A DNA stretch of 64,000 nucleotides from Chrysomallon squamiferum (GCA_012295275.1 CM022679.1:30194001-30258000), one strand, 5' to 3'. Positions 23,501 through 36,373 are shown, counted from the first letter of the stretch. Numbers and translations are program-made. Notes: a model not told the origin generated them from the sequence alone.

Positions 23501-26500
23501 TGTGCTGACTCACTTTCAGGATAGTGCGGAAACGCTGATAAACAAGAAGGGAGCTGTCACAGCCCTGGCTGCTGCGCTAGCTGTCATCTCCGGAAACACG
23601 CAGCTGACACAACGTTCCCTCCTCAGTTCCAGAGTGGTGAGTCGCATGTACTAATAGTTCTTTCATTTGCATTCTCACGTTCTTGCGTTTTTACTGTGTT
23701 TTCAACTGGTAGTCTGAATGAAAACATAATCTTCCAGAAAAAAACAAAAAAAACAAATTTCTTTAAATTTTAATTTATTATTCTGTTGTGTCAGACAACC
23801 TGTTGACATTATTTAAAAAAACAAAAAAGCGTGATTAGTGAAATGTTGTTGTTTCAAAGTAAATACTAGGAAATGTTGCTGTTCTTCATCTTCATGATGT
23901 CCTCGCATACAAAATGATGCATAATGTATGACAGAAGTCTTAGCTACTGAAAAATAAAATGAAAACATAGATCTTGTAATAATTCATTAATTATTATGAC
24001 ATATTTAAATTGTATTTCAGATTTTTTTTTTTTTTAAATGTTAATTTCCTGCTGCATTTTGAAAATAAAAGTACAAGCAACAGAAATTTTTTACACAGCA
24101 CAAATCTTTCATCATAAAGATAAAAAATAAAATTCATGAATAATATTTAAAAAATAAGTAATAAAGAAGCTAAATTCATTGATTCATTCATCAAAAACTA
24201 ACTTGTAAAAAAGCATGTTTGTTTTTGTTGTTTTTTGTTTTTGTTTGTTTTTTGTTTCTGATATTTTGATCCAATTCCCTTTTCGTGGTACTAGCAAATA
24301 AACCAATTTCAACTTCAGAGATCTAAGATTTTGAACTGGACACCACTAAATGACCCTTAAAACTGAACACATTAGTAAGTGGTTATAACATCTAGAAGTG
24401 TTCGGTACAGTATCACCTAACTTCAGTAATGAAACTGAACTAAAATTTCATATATTTTTTAAAAACTCTGAAGAGACCATTTTGCCAGCATGATTAATAA
24501 TAAATTAACACAGACAGTTCAGATAAATTAATAGAAGGAAATAAATAAAATTTAATGTCAGAATGACATTCCATAAACATACTGACCCCTTCTCACTAAA
24601 ATGCTCGCAGTAAGCTATTGCCAGGTGATCAAAACAAAATAATCATGGAATAGATGCCATTGTGTGAGTGGTTAATTGCACACATAATCAACTTTATTTT
24701 CAACTGAGGTAAGTTGCTTTATAAAACGTTGTTAATGAAAACAGCAATAAAAAAAAAAATAAAAAAAAATAAAATGGCTAAGTGGATAGGTAACTGCATA
24801 GTCTTATTAAAAAAAAAAAAAAAAAAAAAAAATAATACATATTCCTTGTCATGGTAAAACACCAATTTAATTTTTGTCAGAAACTCTTAAAACAAATTTG
24901 TAATTAAACCTAACTACTGCAGGAGGTTGTTATTGTAGTGATCAGTCAACAGATCTTATGCAGTAGTTTTCCTATTTCCTACCATTTTGAATTTGTAAAT
25001 AGCTAGATAATAATTTTTATTATTACATTTTTTTTAAAAATAAAATTTTAAAAACGATTTAATAATAAATAAATAAATAAATAAAACTGGGAAAAATTAA
25101 ACTTGCAGAAGGGAGACAACTCTTGTAGGCTTAATGGTTCTCAAGCCATCTCTTCACTAATGCAGTTCCAAGAACTGTAACCATGATTTCAGAAATACCT
25201 GGAAAAGGGCTGTAGCTATAAAAAGATGCACAATCATGCTCGTTCTGGGAAAGTGGCACATGTAGCAAAAACATGGTCTGACATTGCTTTATAAGGTCAG
25301 ATTACCACGTGAAAACAACCAGTCTTTCACTGAAACACTCCTCATTCTTTTCCTCAACACAATATGCTTAACCCTGCTGTAGACTGTTGAAAAGGCATTT
25401 CTTGGAAAACAGATGTCATACTTTAACACACGTCATGTTGGGGTTATGTATAGATTTACCAGTAAATTCTACTTTCTGATCAGTAAAGTTGAAGTGAATA
25501 TTGCCATGCGTTTTCTTATGGAATGTATTTAACTTTGATACGGTTTCGAAACTGATTTTTACAATACACCAAACACACAAGACATTTGTGATGTAAGTAA
25601 AGCAGTTTGCTTGCTTGCTTGCTGCTTGAGTCACTGGTTGAGGGAATATTGCATAATATTAATATATTTGTAGCATAATAATTTCATGTTCTTTTGATAA
25701 GATTTTACTGTTACTGTGTTTGTTGAAAAAAGTTGATAATTTGATTTGGTTTCTGTTTGTAATTAATATGGCTTTCCTGTTTGCATCAACATCATGTGTC
25801 AAATTCTGGTGTTTCTATTTCTGTTTGTGTGTCTGCATGTCTGTTTTGGTAATGCTGAAGTGTGACCAGGTGATGTTTACAGTGAAATGGGTTTGAGGTG
25901 TAGGTGTAAATGATACAAAGCTATTTCACAGGACAAAAAAAAAACAGGAGATTTTATTACAGTTCTGGGAAGTTAAAAATGTGACCTATGACTGAAATAC
26001 CTTTGTATCATTTGCATCTACTTCTAAAACTCATTTCACAGAAAGAACGATGAAAAATTTTGTTTCCCATTAGAATTTACTGAAATTGTTTATTCATTTT
26101 ATTTAGAGTTGTCTCATTTTGTTAAATAACAATAGTACTATGTTGAAATACTGGGATACTTATTTAAAATTGCACACACACACACAAACGCACGCATATA
26201 TGCACAATCGCACATACCACAGTCGGCACCGAACACACAGAACTTTATCATGCTGTTTTATCTTGTTAATCTTTGTTATCTCCTACAGTCAGCACTAGGG
26301 TCTGTTGAATATTTTTTTTATTACCTGTTCAGTGTTACCTGTTCAGTGACACATAAACACACAGATATGGTTATCAGATATTAGTCAGAAAAGATAATGT
26401 ATAAATAATTTCTATATTTATTAGTGGGTTTTTTTTTTGTGGGGGTGTCTTTTTTTTTAATAGTGTTTTTAACATTCAGGAAAACATCAAGTTATTGTTC

Positions 26501-28562
26501 AGGTGTTTGTGTACAGATAAAACAAAGTAAATAATAAATCATAACCGGCCACAGTTAAAGTTTTCATTTAGCTTGTTAATCAATATGTTTGACATGTTAG
26601 CAGTTGCTATTAATAAAACTGCAGAAATGACACAAAGGCTTTTGGTGGGTAACAGTTACATCACAAACAGCTAGTCATAGTCTCTTGTTGGTTATAAATA
26701 CAAGCACAAGACTGACTGAAAAATATCAGTGAAATAATTAAACAATTTCCTATTGTTTATTTTTATTTTGTTTATTTATTTATTTTTTATTTTTTTTTTT
26801 TTTACTTGTTTTTTTTTTTTTTGTGTGTGTGGTGGGGGGAAAGGGTTGTCATAGAAATTCATACTTTATACATAAAATATGTATCTTATTAAAAAAAAAA
26901 AAAAAAATCAAAATAACAGAAATAATTTAATTTGTTATAAACTATTATTAATATTAAGTGTATTTGGTGCTAACATCAATACACCACCATACAACAGGAC
27001 TAGACTAGAATAGAATCAACGCATGTAGTCATGGTTACAACTGTAACAGTAGTCTGACCAGTAATCAAAGATGAAACAGAATCGGGGACATTCTCTTGGT
27101 ACATTGGGTACATTCATCACTTCAACACAGTGTCACAACCTGGAGTGTCACCTGACTGCTGCATTAGTTGAACTCTTTCGTTCTTGATTAACACAGATCT
27201 TGTGTGTATGGCTTGATAATTTAACAACACAAAACTGGAGGAGCCTTTACAAGTGTTTCCTTTTTTTTTAATCTATTCTATTTCTTTGACCTAATTCTTA
27301 ACAATACTAATAAATGTCTGAAGGGTTTAACTTGATGGATTGGGTGTGTGGGTACCTGTAAGTTATACTGTGGTTTGGGACATCTGCCAAGTTTTTTTGG
27401 TTGTTTTTTTGCATTCACCTAAATGTTTGAATGTATGTGGTCAGTGCATGGATCATTGATCTTTGTGAAAGTTTTCACATGATCAGTCGGTGGGGTATGT
27501 CAAAACCTGTTTTATTCATTAACAGAAGTAATCAGTAAAATTGACAAATTGAATTAAAAGCAAGAATTACTTTTTAACAGTTGATTTTTGTATTTTTCGA
27601 TTTTTGTTTGATTTTAATAATAATAATAATAATATCAGTATTGAATAGAGGAAGCTGCAGTTTTATCGAGTTGATGAATTTGCTGAACAAACATTTCACT
27701 TCAGCATGTGTCGTTTTGAAAGTGTACAAACAACAGCAATATTTTAAAATTTCAAAAACTAATTTTAAAAAAATGCATACAGATTAAGGGTACATACATA
27801 CAAAACCAAAATTTTACATGATTTAAAAAAAAAAAAAAAAAAAAATTTTTTTAACTTCCTTACTTAGGGCTTATTATTTATCGACACAATTTCATTTGTG
27901 ACCTATTAACCCACAACATGAGCACACTGATGCATGATGTGAATGGGAGATCTGAAGTGTGAGAAACTTCACTGTGAGAAACTTTACTGTTGGTTATAGA
28001 ATACCAGAATGACAGCCTAAATGTGTAAGAGCAAATCAGTGACCACACCTCGATTTCTTTTTTAATATCTGTCATGTTTCTACTGAAGTACTTCGCTTAA
28101 CAAAAAGCTGATTATTCAAAATTAAATAAATTATATATAAATTTTGTTTTTTTGTTTTTTTAAACCAGATGTATGTTTGACTCTTAGTATGTGTACAGAC
28201 ACACACACACACACACGCACACACAGATATGTATAAATATTTTTTATAATTCTGTTCTTTCAGGGATTCACAGCGTTCATGTTCCGCACCAACATGGAAC
28301 TGCGCAGCAACAGCTACGTCTGGAGAGCTCTCGAAAAACAGCTGTCATATGACGTGAAGGAAAAAGTTTCACACATGAAAATGTTGGCAGATAAAATGGT
28401 ACATAACCACCATATTGATATCATCTATCTTACATTCTCTCTTCTTTTTTCTGTTCTGTTGAAGTATTCTAGTTTATTTTTCATTATTTATTTATTTGTT
28501 TTATTTTAACTAATTGTACTCTTCCATTTTCTATTTTCCTTTCCTTTATTTGATCATCATCA

Positions 28563-28606
<44 letters not shown>

Positions 28607-29588
28607 ATGATTAATTCATTTTTAAACTGGGTTGTATTTATTTTTATTTTTATTTTTATTTTGTTTTTATTTATTTTTATTTTTTTTCTGCTTTCCATTC
28701 ATACAAGTTTTATCCATCTTTGATGTTATTTGTTGGTAACCATAGCTCAGACTTTGTGATTGTGGAAATAAATAACAGTAGATTTCTATTGTTATGGAAA
28801 CCAGTATTAACAGACATGAAAATTGATTAATAATTCAGTAGTTTAAAGAAAAAGGATGTCTTCCTTGACAACATGAACATGACCCAGTTAGTTGATGTTA
28901 TCAAAGGATTTGTGCTTTGCACCTGGGAAGTGTGAAATACAGGGTGCATGCAACCAGGATCATGCAGATAATTTGTACCCGGTAGTACTTGTGTGTTAAC
29001 AATATTTTTTGTTTTTAGTGATTATCATCATTGTTTTTATTTATTTTTTTTTTTTATTAACTGTCACAAAAACATCTTGGGGCATTTTATTATATTATAA
29101 ATAAAAAAAACTTTTTAAAAATAATTTTATTATTATGCTTTGCTTCCAGATTTGCAGGAGGGGAAAACTCTTTCTCTCTCATTCTCATGGATTTTACATA
29201 GTTTTATACATAATAATAAACATAATAATAATAATAAACATAATAATAATAATAATAATAATAATTTTTCCAGGGTTGCTGCTTTGACATCCCTTCAGAT
29301 CTAGAATCGGTTGTATTGGAAAGCTAGAGTGACACAAAATTCGACACCCTGGAGAAGCTGACTCAGCTACCAGAGCTTGTTCCCCAGGCCAATGGATTTG
29401 GAGGCTCTAGTGGGGGAGGTCAGAGATCATTTGGGGGGAGGGGCAGAGGCGGTGGCCAGAATCGAAACGGTGGGGGTGGAGGCTGGCAGAGCCGAAATTC
29501 AGGATTTGGACATCAGAACGGATTCAAAAGAAAAGGATTTTCAGACAGTTCGCCAGGCCAAAACAAAAGGATAAAATTCGAACAATAG
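11943..29588 (+). CDS. DDX21: Nucleolar RNA helicase 2 (DDX21/DDX50 family DEAD-box helicase with GUCT domain and RGG tail); in-frame TAG at 29325-29327
   Basis: Phase-consistent GT-AG exons: 11943-11987, 12530-12629, 13007-13090, 13514-13533, 19371-19442, 19661-19775, 20161-20346, 20910-21058, 21461-21667, 22194-22298, 22756-22875, 23157-23230, 23477-23636, 28264-28398, 29274-29588. Motifs: Q motif (GAFENF..LFPIQ), [56 protein letters not shown]-rich tail. 628 aa if the TAG is read through, 541 aa otherwise. Confidence 0.93.
12699..12931. repeat. Direct tandem duplication, ~117 bp x2, DDX21 intron 2
   Basis: tttgtatgttgattcagattgcaaaaactcc...tttactttact repeated almost identically. Confidence 0.9.
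13732..13864 (+). ncRNA. Box H/ACA snoRNA-like element, copy 1 of 9
   Basis: Hairpin closed by TGAGGTCT/AGATCTCA, H box ACATTA (ANANNA), second hairpin TCAA..CCAGTCACCA..TGGTGAATGG..TTGA, ACA at 13859-13861; intronic, host sense strand. Confidence 0.8.
14424..14556 (+). ncRNA. H/ACA snoRNA-like copy 2
   Basis: Same layout; ACA 14551-14553. Confidence 0.8.
15274..15404 (+). ncRNA. H/ACA snoRNA-like copy 3
   Basis: Same layout with a shorter 3' upper stem; ACA 15399-15401. Confidence 0.75.
15856..15988 (+). ncRNA. H/ACA snoRNA-like copy 4
   Basis: Same layout; ACA 15983-15985. Confidence 0.8.
16420..16548 (+). ncRNA. H/ACA snoRNA-like copy 5 (degenerate: ACA lost, small deletion in the 3' hairpin)
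   Basis: Ends ttttgatagtt instead of ttttgataca; aatgactgcccc lacks the AT present in the other copies. Confidence 0.6.
17041..17173 (+). ncRNA. H/ACA snoRNA-like copy 6
   Basis: Perfect TGAGATCT/AGATCTCA stem; ACA 17168-17170. Confidence 0.8.
17541..17673 (+). ncRNA. H/ACA snoRNA-like copy 7
   Basis: Same layout; ACA 17668-17670. Confidence 0.8.
18063..18195 (+). ncRNA. H/ACA snoRNA-like copy 8
   Basis: Same layout; ACA 18190-18192. Confidence 0.8.
18560..18689 (+). ncRNA. H/ACA snoRNA-like copy 9
   Basis: Same layout; ACA 18684-18686. Confidence 0.75.
20360..20522. repeat. Minisatellite, ~52 bp x3, DDX21 intron 7
   Basis: ttaaataagcaagactgtaataaatttaatcatattcctaggaagttaatgt repeated three times. 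Confidence 0.9.
25882..26039. repeat. Inverted repeat, ~47-bp arms (MITE-like foldback), DDX21 intron 13
   Basis: gtgaaatgggtttgaggtgtaggtgtaaatgatacaaagctatttca (25882-25928) pairs with tgaaatacctttgtatcatttgcatctacttctaaaactcatttcac (25993-26039). Confidence 0.85.
27885..28050 (+). ncRNA. Second candidate two-hairpin, ACA-ending intronic RNA
   Basis: 5' hairpin cacaatttca..cacaacatg/catgatgtg..tgaagtgtg; 3' hairpin tcactg..cagtga followed by ccACAcct; H box imperfect (AGAAAC). Confidence 0.3.
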
Positions 29589-30730
29589 ATATTTATTTTT
29601 AAAAGATTAAACAAGATTCCATCCTTCAAGCATTTTTTTTGTTTTTGTGTGTGTGATAGCTTATGGAGATTAGATCACTTGCTTAGTGACTGAAATTATG
29701 TAAGGGGGTTGTGAAAAATACGAGTTATATAAAAAAAAAAAATTGTATTTAGACACTCGCATATCACATGACCGTCCTTCGTAGATATGTAATGTTGCAT
29801 TGGATTATTATTACAAGGTGTGTCTCATAAAATCTGAAGGCGTATAAATTAAACATTTTTTTTTTTTTTTTTTTTCAAATTGCTACAGAAATAATAAAGT
29901 AATTATCTGATAAAACTATTTTTATTAGATAACATTGCACCCAAACATTTTGTAATGAACTGAAGTACATATGTGTGTGTGTGTGTGTTTGTGTTTGCAT
30001 GTGTAAATAAACAATTATCATAATTGTGGGTGTATATACACATTTTAAAAATACATTGCGTATATGTGGATGCAAGGATGTATATACGCAAATTCATAAA
30101 TTGATACATCTTAAATAATTTTAAAAATGGTCACCTATACATAGTGATACTTAGTGTTAAAACTTAATTTTAAAAATTTATACCTTAACATAGTGATACT
30201 TAATTTAAAAAAAAAAAAAAAAATGTACACCTAAACATGGTAATACTTGATTTTTTAAAAACGTATAACTTAACAGCGATACTGTTCGTACTTTGTTACA
30301 ATGTTTTCATGCATTCATAGGATGAACGAACCAGCACTGTTGTCAATGGTTACACTGTCGTGTTTGGTGTGGCAGTGAAGATCGAATAGTAATGCTAACA
30401 AAAGCTATCTAAAGATAAAGAGAAGCTCGAATGTGAACTTAAACTTGTTAACAGACATACTTTTATTACTACTGTCGGTATTTCCACAGCGTGCAAGTTT
30501 GACACGACTTAAAACAAATTTTGGGAAATGTAACACGTACTAATTTAATTTCATATTTGTGGATAGATGTTCCGTATATCTGTACATATGTATATACAAA
30601 ATTGTCATAAAGAACAAATGTCTAAAATGTACATTTTTATCAGAGAACATAAAACGTAATTTTCATATTTGAAAAAGGAAAAGAAAAGAAAAACAGTACA
30701 ACACTGAAGATAATAATAATAATAATTAAT

Positions 30731-30761
<31 letters not shown>

Positions 30762-30889
30762 TTCAAAGATTATCTGATTTCTTATCCACTTGCAGATGTT
30801 CGTCTTTTGTCGAGCAATGTTTTGGATAGAACAGTTTGTAAATTCTTTTCATCACCAGAGAGTTATATAATTTTTTTTTTTTTTTATAA

Positions 30890-30930
<41 letters not shown>

Positions 30931-30938
30931 GTTTCAGT

Positions 30939-31299
30939 TCAGTTTATTTTATGATCAAAACAGCCTTCAGCCATCAGTGTCAGTTCCTGAAAACAGCAAA
31001 AATAAATAATTAATAAATTAATTGAACACGTTTAAATGACAGTTCAATACATTTAATAAGTTTTAGGTTTCTGGTGTTCATGTAATAAAAGATGTGAGCG
31101 GCTACTGTTTGTTTACTTAGCAGGAAGAGACATTTTAGCGAGACCTTCTCACAGACAGTATATACCATTGTAAACTATTCACAAGTTAAACAGATCAGTA
31201 GATGTCATGGGGAAAAAAATCAATAAAAAAAAAAAAAAAAATACTTCTTTCACCCCCTCTCTAATCACAGATAAGTAATAATAATAATAATAATAATAA

Positions 31300-31336
<37 letters not shown>

Positions 31337-31648
31337 TATATATATATATATATATATAGATATATAGATAGATAGATAAATAATTATATGAACCATGCAG
31401 ACGAGTTGGAAAAAGCAGAGAAGAGTTTCTTGTTTGAAAACGCCGGAAGGAAGAATTATTCAAGCGTGTCTCAGTGTGTGCAGTCAAGCGTGACCATAAC
31501 GTGAGTCGAGATGAGACCCTGGGACCGAACTAGTTGTGCGTAACTGTCACTTTATGAAAATCCCTTTTATATTTGTATGTGTGTGTCTGTCTGTGTGTGT
31601 GTGTGTGTCTGTCTGTCTGTGTGTGTGTGTCTGTCTGTGTGTGTGTGT

Positions 31649-31685
<37 letters not shown>

Positions 31686-32926
31686 TGTGTCTCTGTGTCT
31701 CTGTGTCTGTGTGTGTGTGTCTGTGTGTCTGTGTGTGTGTCTCTGTGTGTCTGTGTGTCTGCGTGTGTGTCTGTGTGTGTGTAATCACGGACTGACAGAC
31801 GAATTTTAAACTTACATGGATATCGCCTGGAATCTCAATTTCTTGAACATAACCTGAAAGTGTAATTATAATTATTTATTTATTTATTTATTTATTCATT
31901 CATTCATTTATTCATTTATTTATTTATTTATTCATTCATTCACTTTATTTATTTTATTCATTTGATTCTTTTATTTTTTTTAAATTTTTTTTTATTTTAT
32001 TTTTTCAATTTTGTTTTTGTTGTTCATTTTCATTTTATTTACCTTGAATTATTTGATATTTATTTATATTCTATTTACTTATTCATTCATTTTATTTATT
32101 TTATTTATATTCTTAATGAAGCTATATATATATATATATATATATATAACAAAAATGATAATTAAAAAAAAAATTGTTTCTAAAATAGATAAGCCAAATC
32201 TAACGATATAGAACATTATGACAATACACAAACATACACGCACGCACACAAAAGTTAAGTAACTGAAACTTACCTAAAGAGTTTATATCAGTAGAATATT
32301 CGGCGATAAACTGCTAAACAGTACATGTGAAAATAAACAGACACTGAATTAATTATATAATCATTCACTAGCAATAAACATTGGCTATCAATACTGTAGA
32401 AAAAAACAAAAAAAAACAACAACCAGAAAACAAAACTACATTCAAACTGTTTTTGAGTACCACCAAGGTTAAATTTTAAATTTTAAAAAAAAACAAAAAA
32501 ACAACAACAAGAAAACTTTTATTTAGCATTGTATACAAGAAACATATATTTTTTAACACTCTCTCTCTCTCTCATTATTATGGCTATACTAGCAATGTAC
32601 TGTATTTTTAAATATAATAAATATTTAAAAATTGTGGTTTACCTCCATCACACTGCTATCAGGTAATATCTCACTTTCACCACTTTCAGAATGCACTGAA
32701 AAATGATGAAAAGAATTGATTGTGTTTGTTATCAGAATAGTGGATAATAATGATGATGATGATGATAAAAAAAATAATAATAATAATAATAATAATAATA
32801 ACTATAAGTAGCAATAGTAGTAGTAGTAGTAGTAGTAGAAGAGGAAGTGGCAGTAGTTGTAGACTAGTAACAGTAGCAGTAGTAGTGGTAGTAGTAGTAG
32901 TAAGAATAATAATAGTAATATTATTA

Positions 32927-32957
<31 letters not shown>

Positions 32958-33622
32958 ATAGTAGTAGAAGTAGTAGTAGTATCGAAAACAACAACACTAA
33001 CACAGTCGTAATAACTAAACAGAATTTTGGACGTAATGAATCCAGTGCAGAACTTTTAATTATGCTCATAACAAGGTTACGAATGTATACTGTGTATTAC
33101 CTTTTGATATTTAGACAAAGTACTGATATATATATATATAAACACAGAGAGACAGACATGCCGACAGATTGATAATAGGTAGAAAGAAAGAGATAAAAAT
33201 AATAATAATAATAATAATAAAGCGGTTGGAATTTTAGATAAATTATAATCATATAGATAGAGAGACAGATATACAGATATAAATATGGGTAGACAGACAG
33301 GCAGATTGGTGGTTTACTTAGATGTAGACAGATGGAAAGATAGATAAACAGACAGACAGACAGAATGACAGAGAGCCAGACAGTCAGTCGGCCAAACAGA
33401 CAGACAGGCAGACAGACAGTCAGACAGGGAGAGAGAGAGATAAATATAAATGTATATACTCACGTTCTTCTGAATCAATTTTGTTATAGAAGCAGTCTAT
33501 TGACAATCTCCGTTCTTCTGTTGGTGGTGGGGTGCCGATCGTTACCTTACAACCACTGTTATGATTGATTAAACTATGAGACATACTCTCTGTAAACAAA
33601 CAAAGAGAATAAATAAATAAAA

Positions 33623-33653
<31 letters not shown>

Positions 33654-34439
33654 AATAGTATTGGGTTGAGAAATAAGTCAGCGCGGTTCATAACCGATTC
33701 AAATTTTTACTTCAGCGGCATCGAAGAACTTGTGTTTCGGGTTGGGAAGAAATGGTAAATAACAGCAGAGAATACTTTATTGACTAAACTGCATCTTGTT
33801 ATCAGTTAAGCATGAGTTTTCTTCTGTGAAATGATTAAATTTAATTTAACCGCAACGACTTATTCCTCAACCCACTATAACGTGATAAATATAGAGACAA
33901 ATAATATAATATAATAAATAAACAGATAAATAAATTAACTTAAAAAAAAATAAAAAAAAAATCTAATTGCTAAGGCTATAATATTGGTATTAAAAGTACT
34001 GCTGTTACTAAATTTACTAATATTACTACTACAGCTGCCACTGCTAGTAACTCTACTATTAGTAATATATAGTAAAACTATCTACTATCATTCATTCACA
34101 CAGTTGAGCATTCTGCTATAGAAAAAAGGACCGGTATATGTTCATCGATTTATCAGAAGAAAAAAAAAATCACACAAGCCAGAACATGAAATAACTGCAA
34201 GCGAAGATTAATGAGCATTAGTCCAGTGGGTCACCAGTTAAGTGATATTAAAAAACAAACAAACAAATGTTGACAGTACTAACCTCCTAACAGCATAGGG
34301 AATTTCGGTAACGAGGAATTCATTTCTGTGGTCATTGATTCCTCATCGCTAGCAGAAGTACATGAGTCTGAGCTGTCCATCTGAAATTTTTTTTAAAAAA
34401 AATAAAGAAAATAATAATAAAAAAAAAAAAAAAAAAAAA

Positions 34440-34473
<34 letters not shown>

Positions 34474-35615
34474 TAAAATAAAATAAATAAAACAGACAAA
34501 CAAATATAAAATGATATAATAAATAAATAAATTGGGTAAGTGAAATAAATAGTTAAAATGAAACTGATTTAATAAAAAAGTAAGTAAAATTTATTTAATA
34601 AATAACGAATAGATTTTTTTTTAAATTATTATTTCTATTATTAAGTCATAATAAACAAATCATCAGTTATTAAGTTAATTCACTGTTCCTTTATTACTGT
34701 TGTTGTTGCTGTCGTTGATACTGTTATTATTTTCATTATTATTATTATTTTTTTTTTTATTTATACTGTGTAAAATAAATTTAAACAGATTTACCTCATC
34801 ATAGATAATTTCTCTCTTCTTCTCTGCGGATTTCCTCTCTGAAAAAGAAAAATTAAAATAATGTAAATTACTTAATTATTAATATAAATTTTTTGCTAAA
34901 CTATTCTCGATACAAATAAATAAATAAATAAACAAATAATAATAATAATAATAATAAAATGTAAAAAAATCGTTGTTTATTAAAAATAAAACTCCCCCAT
35001 TTTTCTCAATCGTAAATATTTCATTTCATAACCGCATTAATAACTATTCACGTCCGCACCAGCACACAACTACATCGAAATAAGTAACGAAAAATAATTA
35101 TGTTTATCTTTCACGTCCGCACCAACGGACACTATTAGAAAATAAACGCTTGAGCTATTTGACGCAGATAAACGAAACACAATGTTACTAAAATAAACAC
35201 ATATTCACTTTTGACTTTCACGTCCGCACCATCCAAGAACTGGAATCTTCTTTTGGCGTCTCTTCCTTTTGTGACGCTGGGTAGTCTTTTGATATCAAGT
35301 AAACTGTTTAAGGCACAGCGGAAATTGGCTTTCCATTGCTTAGGGTTAGGCGGGTCCCCTTCTAAAAACTTCCCTGAAATTCAGACGAAATAAGTTAAAA
35401 ATAAAAGGAATTACATTAATATATAAAAACTAAGCTGCAGAAAAAAAAAAAATAAATAAATAAATAAAAAAAAAAAAAAAATAATAATAATAATTATAGA
35501 AACAAAATATAATAATAATAATTAAAAACTGAAAGAAAAGAAAAAGAAAAAAAAAAAGAAAAAAGAAGCACACACAAAAAAACAAATGACAGATAGGAAG
35601 AATGTATATACACAC

Positions 35616-35662
<47 letters not shown>

Positions 35663-36373
35663 TACATACATATATATGTATGTTACATAAATTAAAATAT
35701 TTGTTTCTTCTGTGTTATACTAAAAAAACAAAAAAAAACATTATCAAAGGAAAAGGAAGATCAAGGGATAAAGATAGAAAGAAGGTGGAGGGAAAATTAA
35801 AGAAGTAGTAATAATAATAATAATAATAATAATAAATGATAATAATAATAATAATAATAATAATGATAATAAATAATAATAATAATAAATAATAACAATA
35901 ACAACAATAATAATAACAATAATAATAAAATAAATAAATAAATAAATAATAATCATAATAATGAAAATAACAATCACATGTGTTACAAAATCGACAGAAA
36001 GATATAGAAGATTAAAAAAACAAAAAAAAAACAAACAAACAAAACCAAAACAATTAAGAAAAACGAAGACAAAGTAAATAATTAAATGTTTCAGCTGTGT
36101 GACGCGTTGCTCAAACCAACCTGTGTGAAAGGCCCATCTACAAAAGACGTCGGCGTCTTTACGCAGGTCCCATCCATGACGTGCCCCATGACGCCACGAA
36201 ATTTCAAAAATTTGTTTGTCAATGTTCTCCCATTTCAGACCTGGAACCTCATTTTTATTCAGCAGATTGGTAAGCCAAGGCCTCATTCGCTGTCTGTCGA
36301 TTGGTCTGATGGGTTTCCTATTAATTACGCTGTTTGCTAAACACTTCTTCTTGCTCTTGCATTTCTTGGACAT
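30939..36373 (-). CDS. Interferon regulatory factor, IRF1/IRF2-like (~286 aa)
   Basis: Exons 36373-36121, 35373-35209, 34838-34795, 34380-34284, 33589-33464, 32695-32643, 32310-32274, 31853-31816, 30986-30939, all GT-AG and phase-consistent (last exon least certain). Tryptophan-repeat DBD: [56 protein letters not shown]. Confidence 0.9.
31576..31781. repeat. (TG/TC)n compound microsatellite
   Basis: Seen directly. Confidence 0.9.

Noticed and set aside
29325-29328. TAG acting as an alternative 3' splice site (in frame at 29328) that bypasses the stop
   Set aside because: No polypyrimidine tract, and it would delete the conserved GCCFDIP motif; still testable with junction reads.
29321-29335. 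The arrayed snoRNA pseudouridylates the host's own UAG (Psi-AG readthrough); exon CTAGAGTGAC resembles snoRNA CTAGAGTCAC at 9/10
   Set aside because: The similarity is same-sense. The required pocket strands GUCACUC and GCUUUCC are not present in correct geometry, and the 18S match is much better.
29377-29574. 65-aa ORF in the DDX21 last exon
   Set aside because: Alternative frame; the family-like sequence is in the frame containing the TAG.
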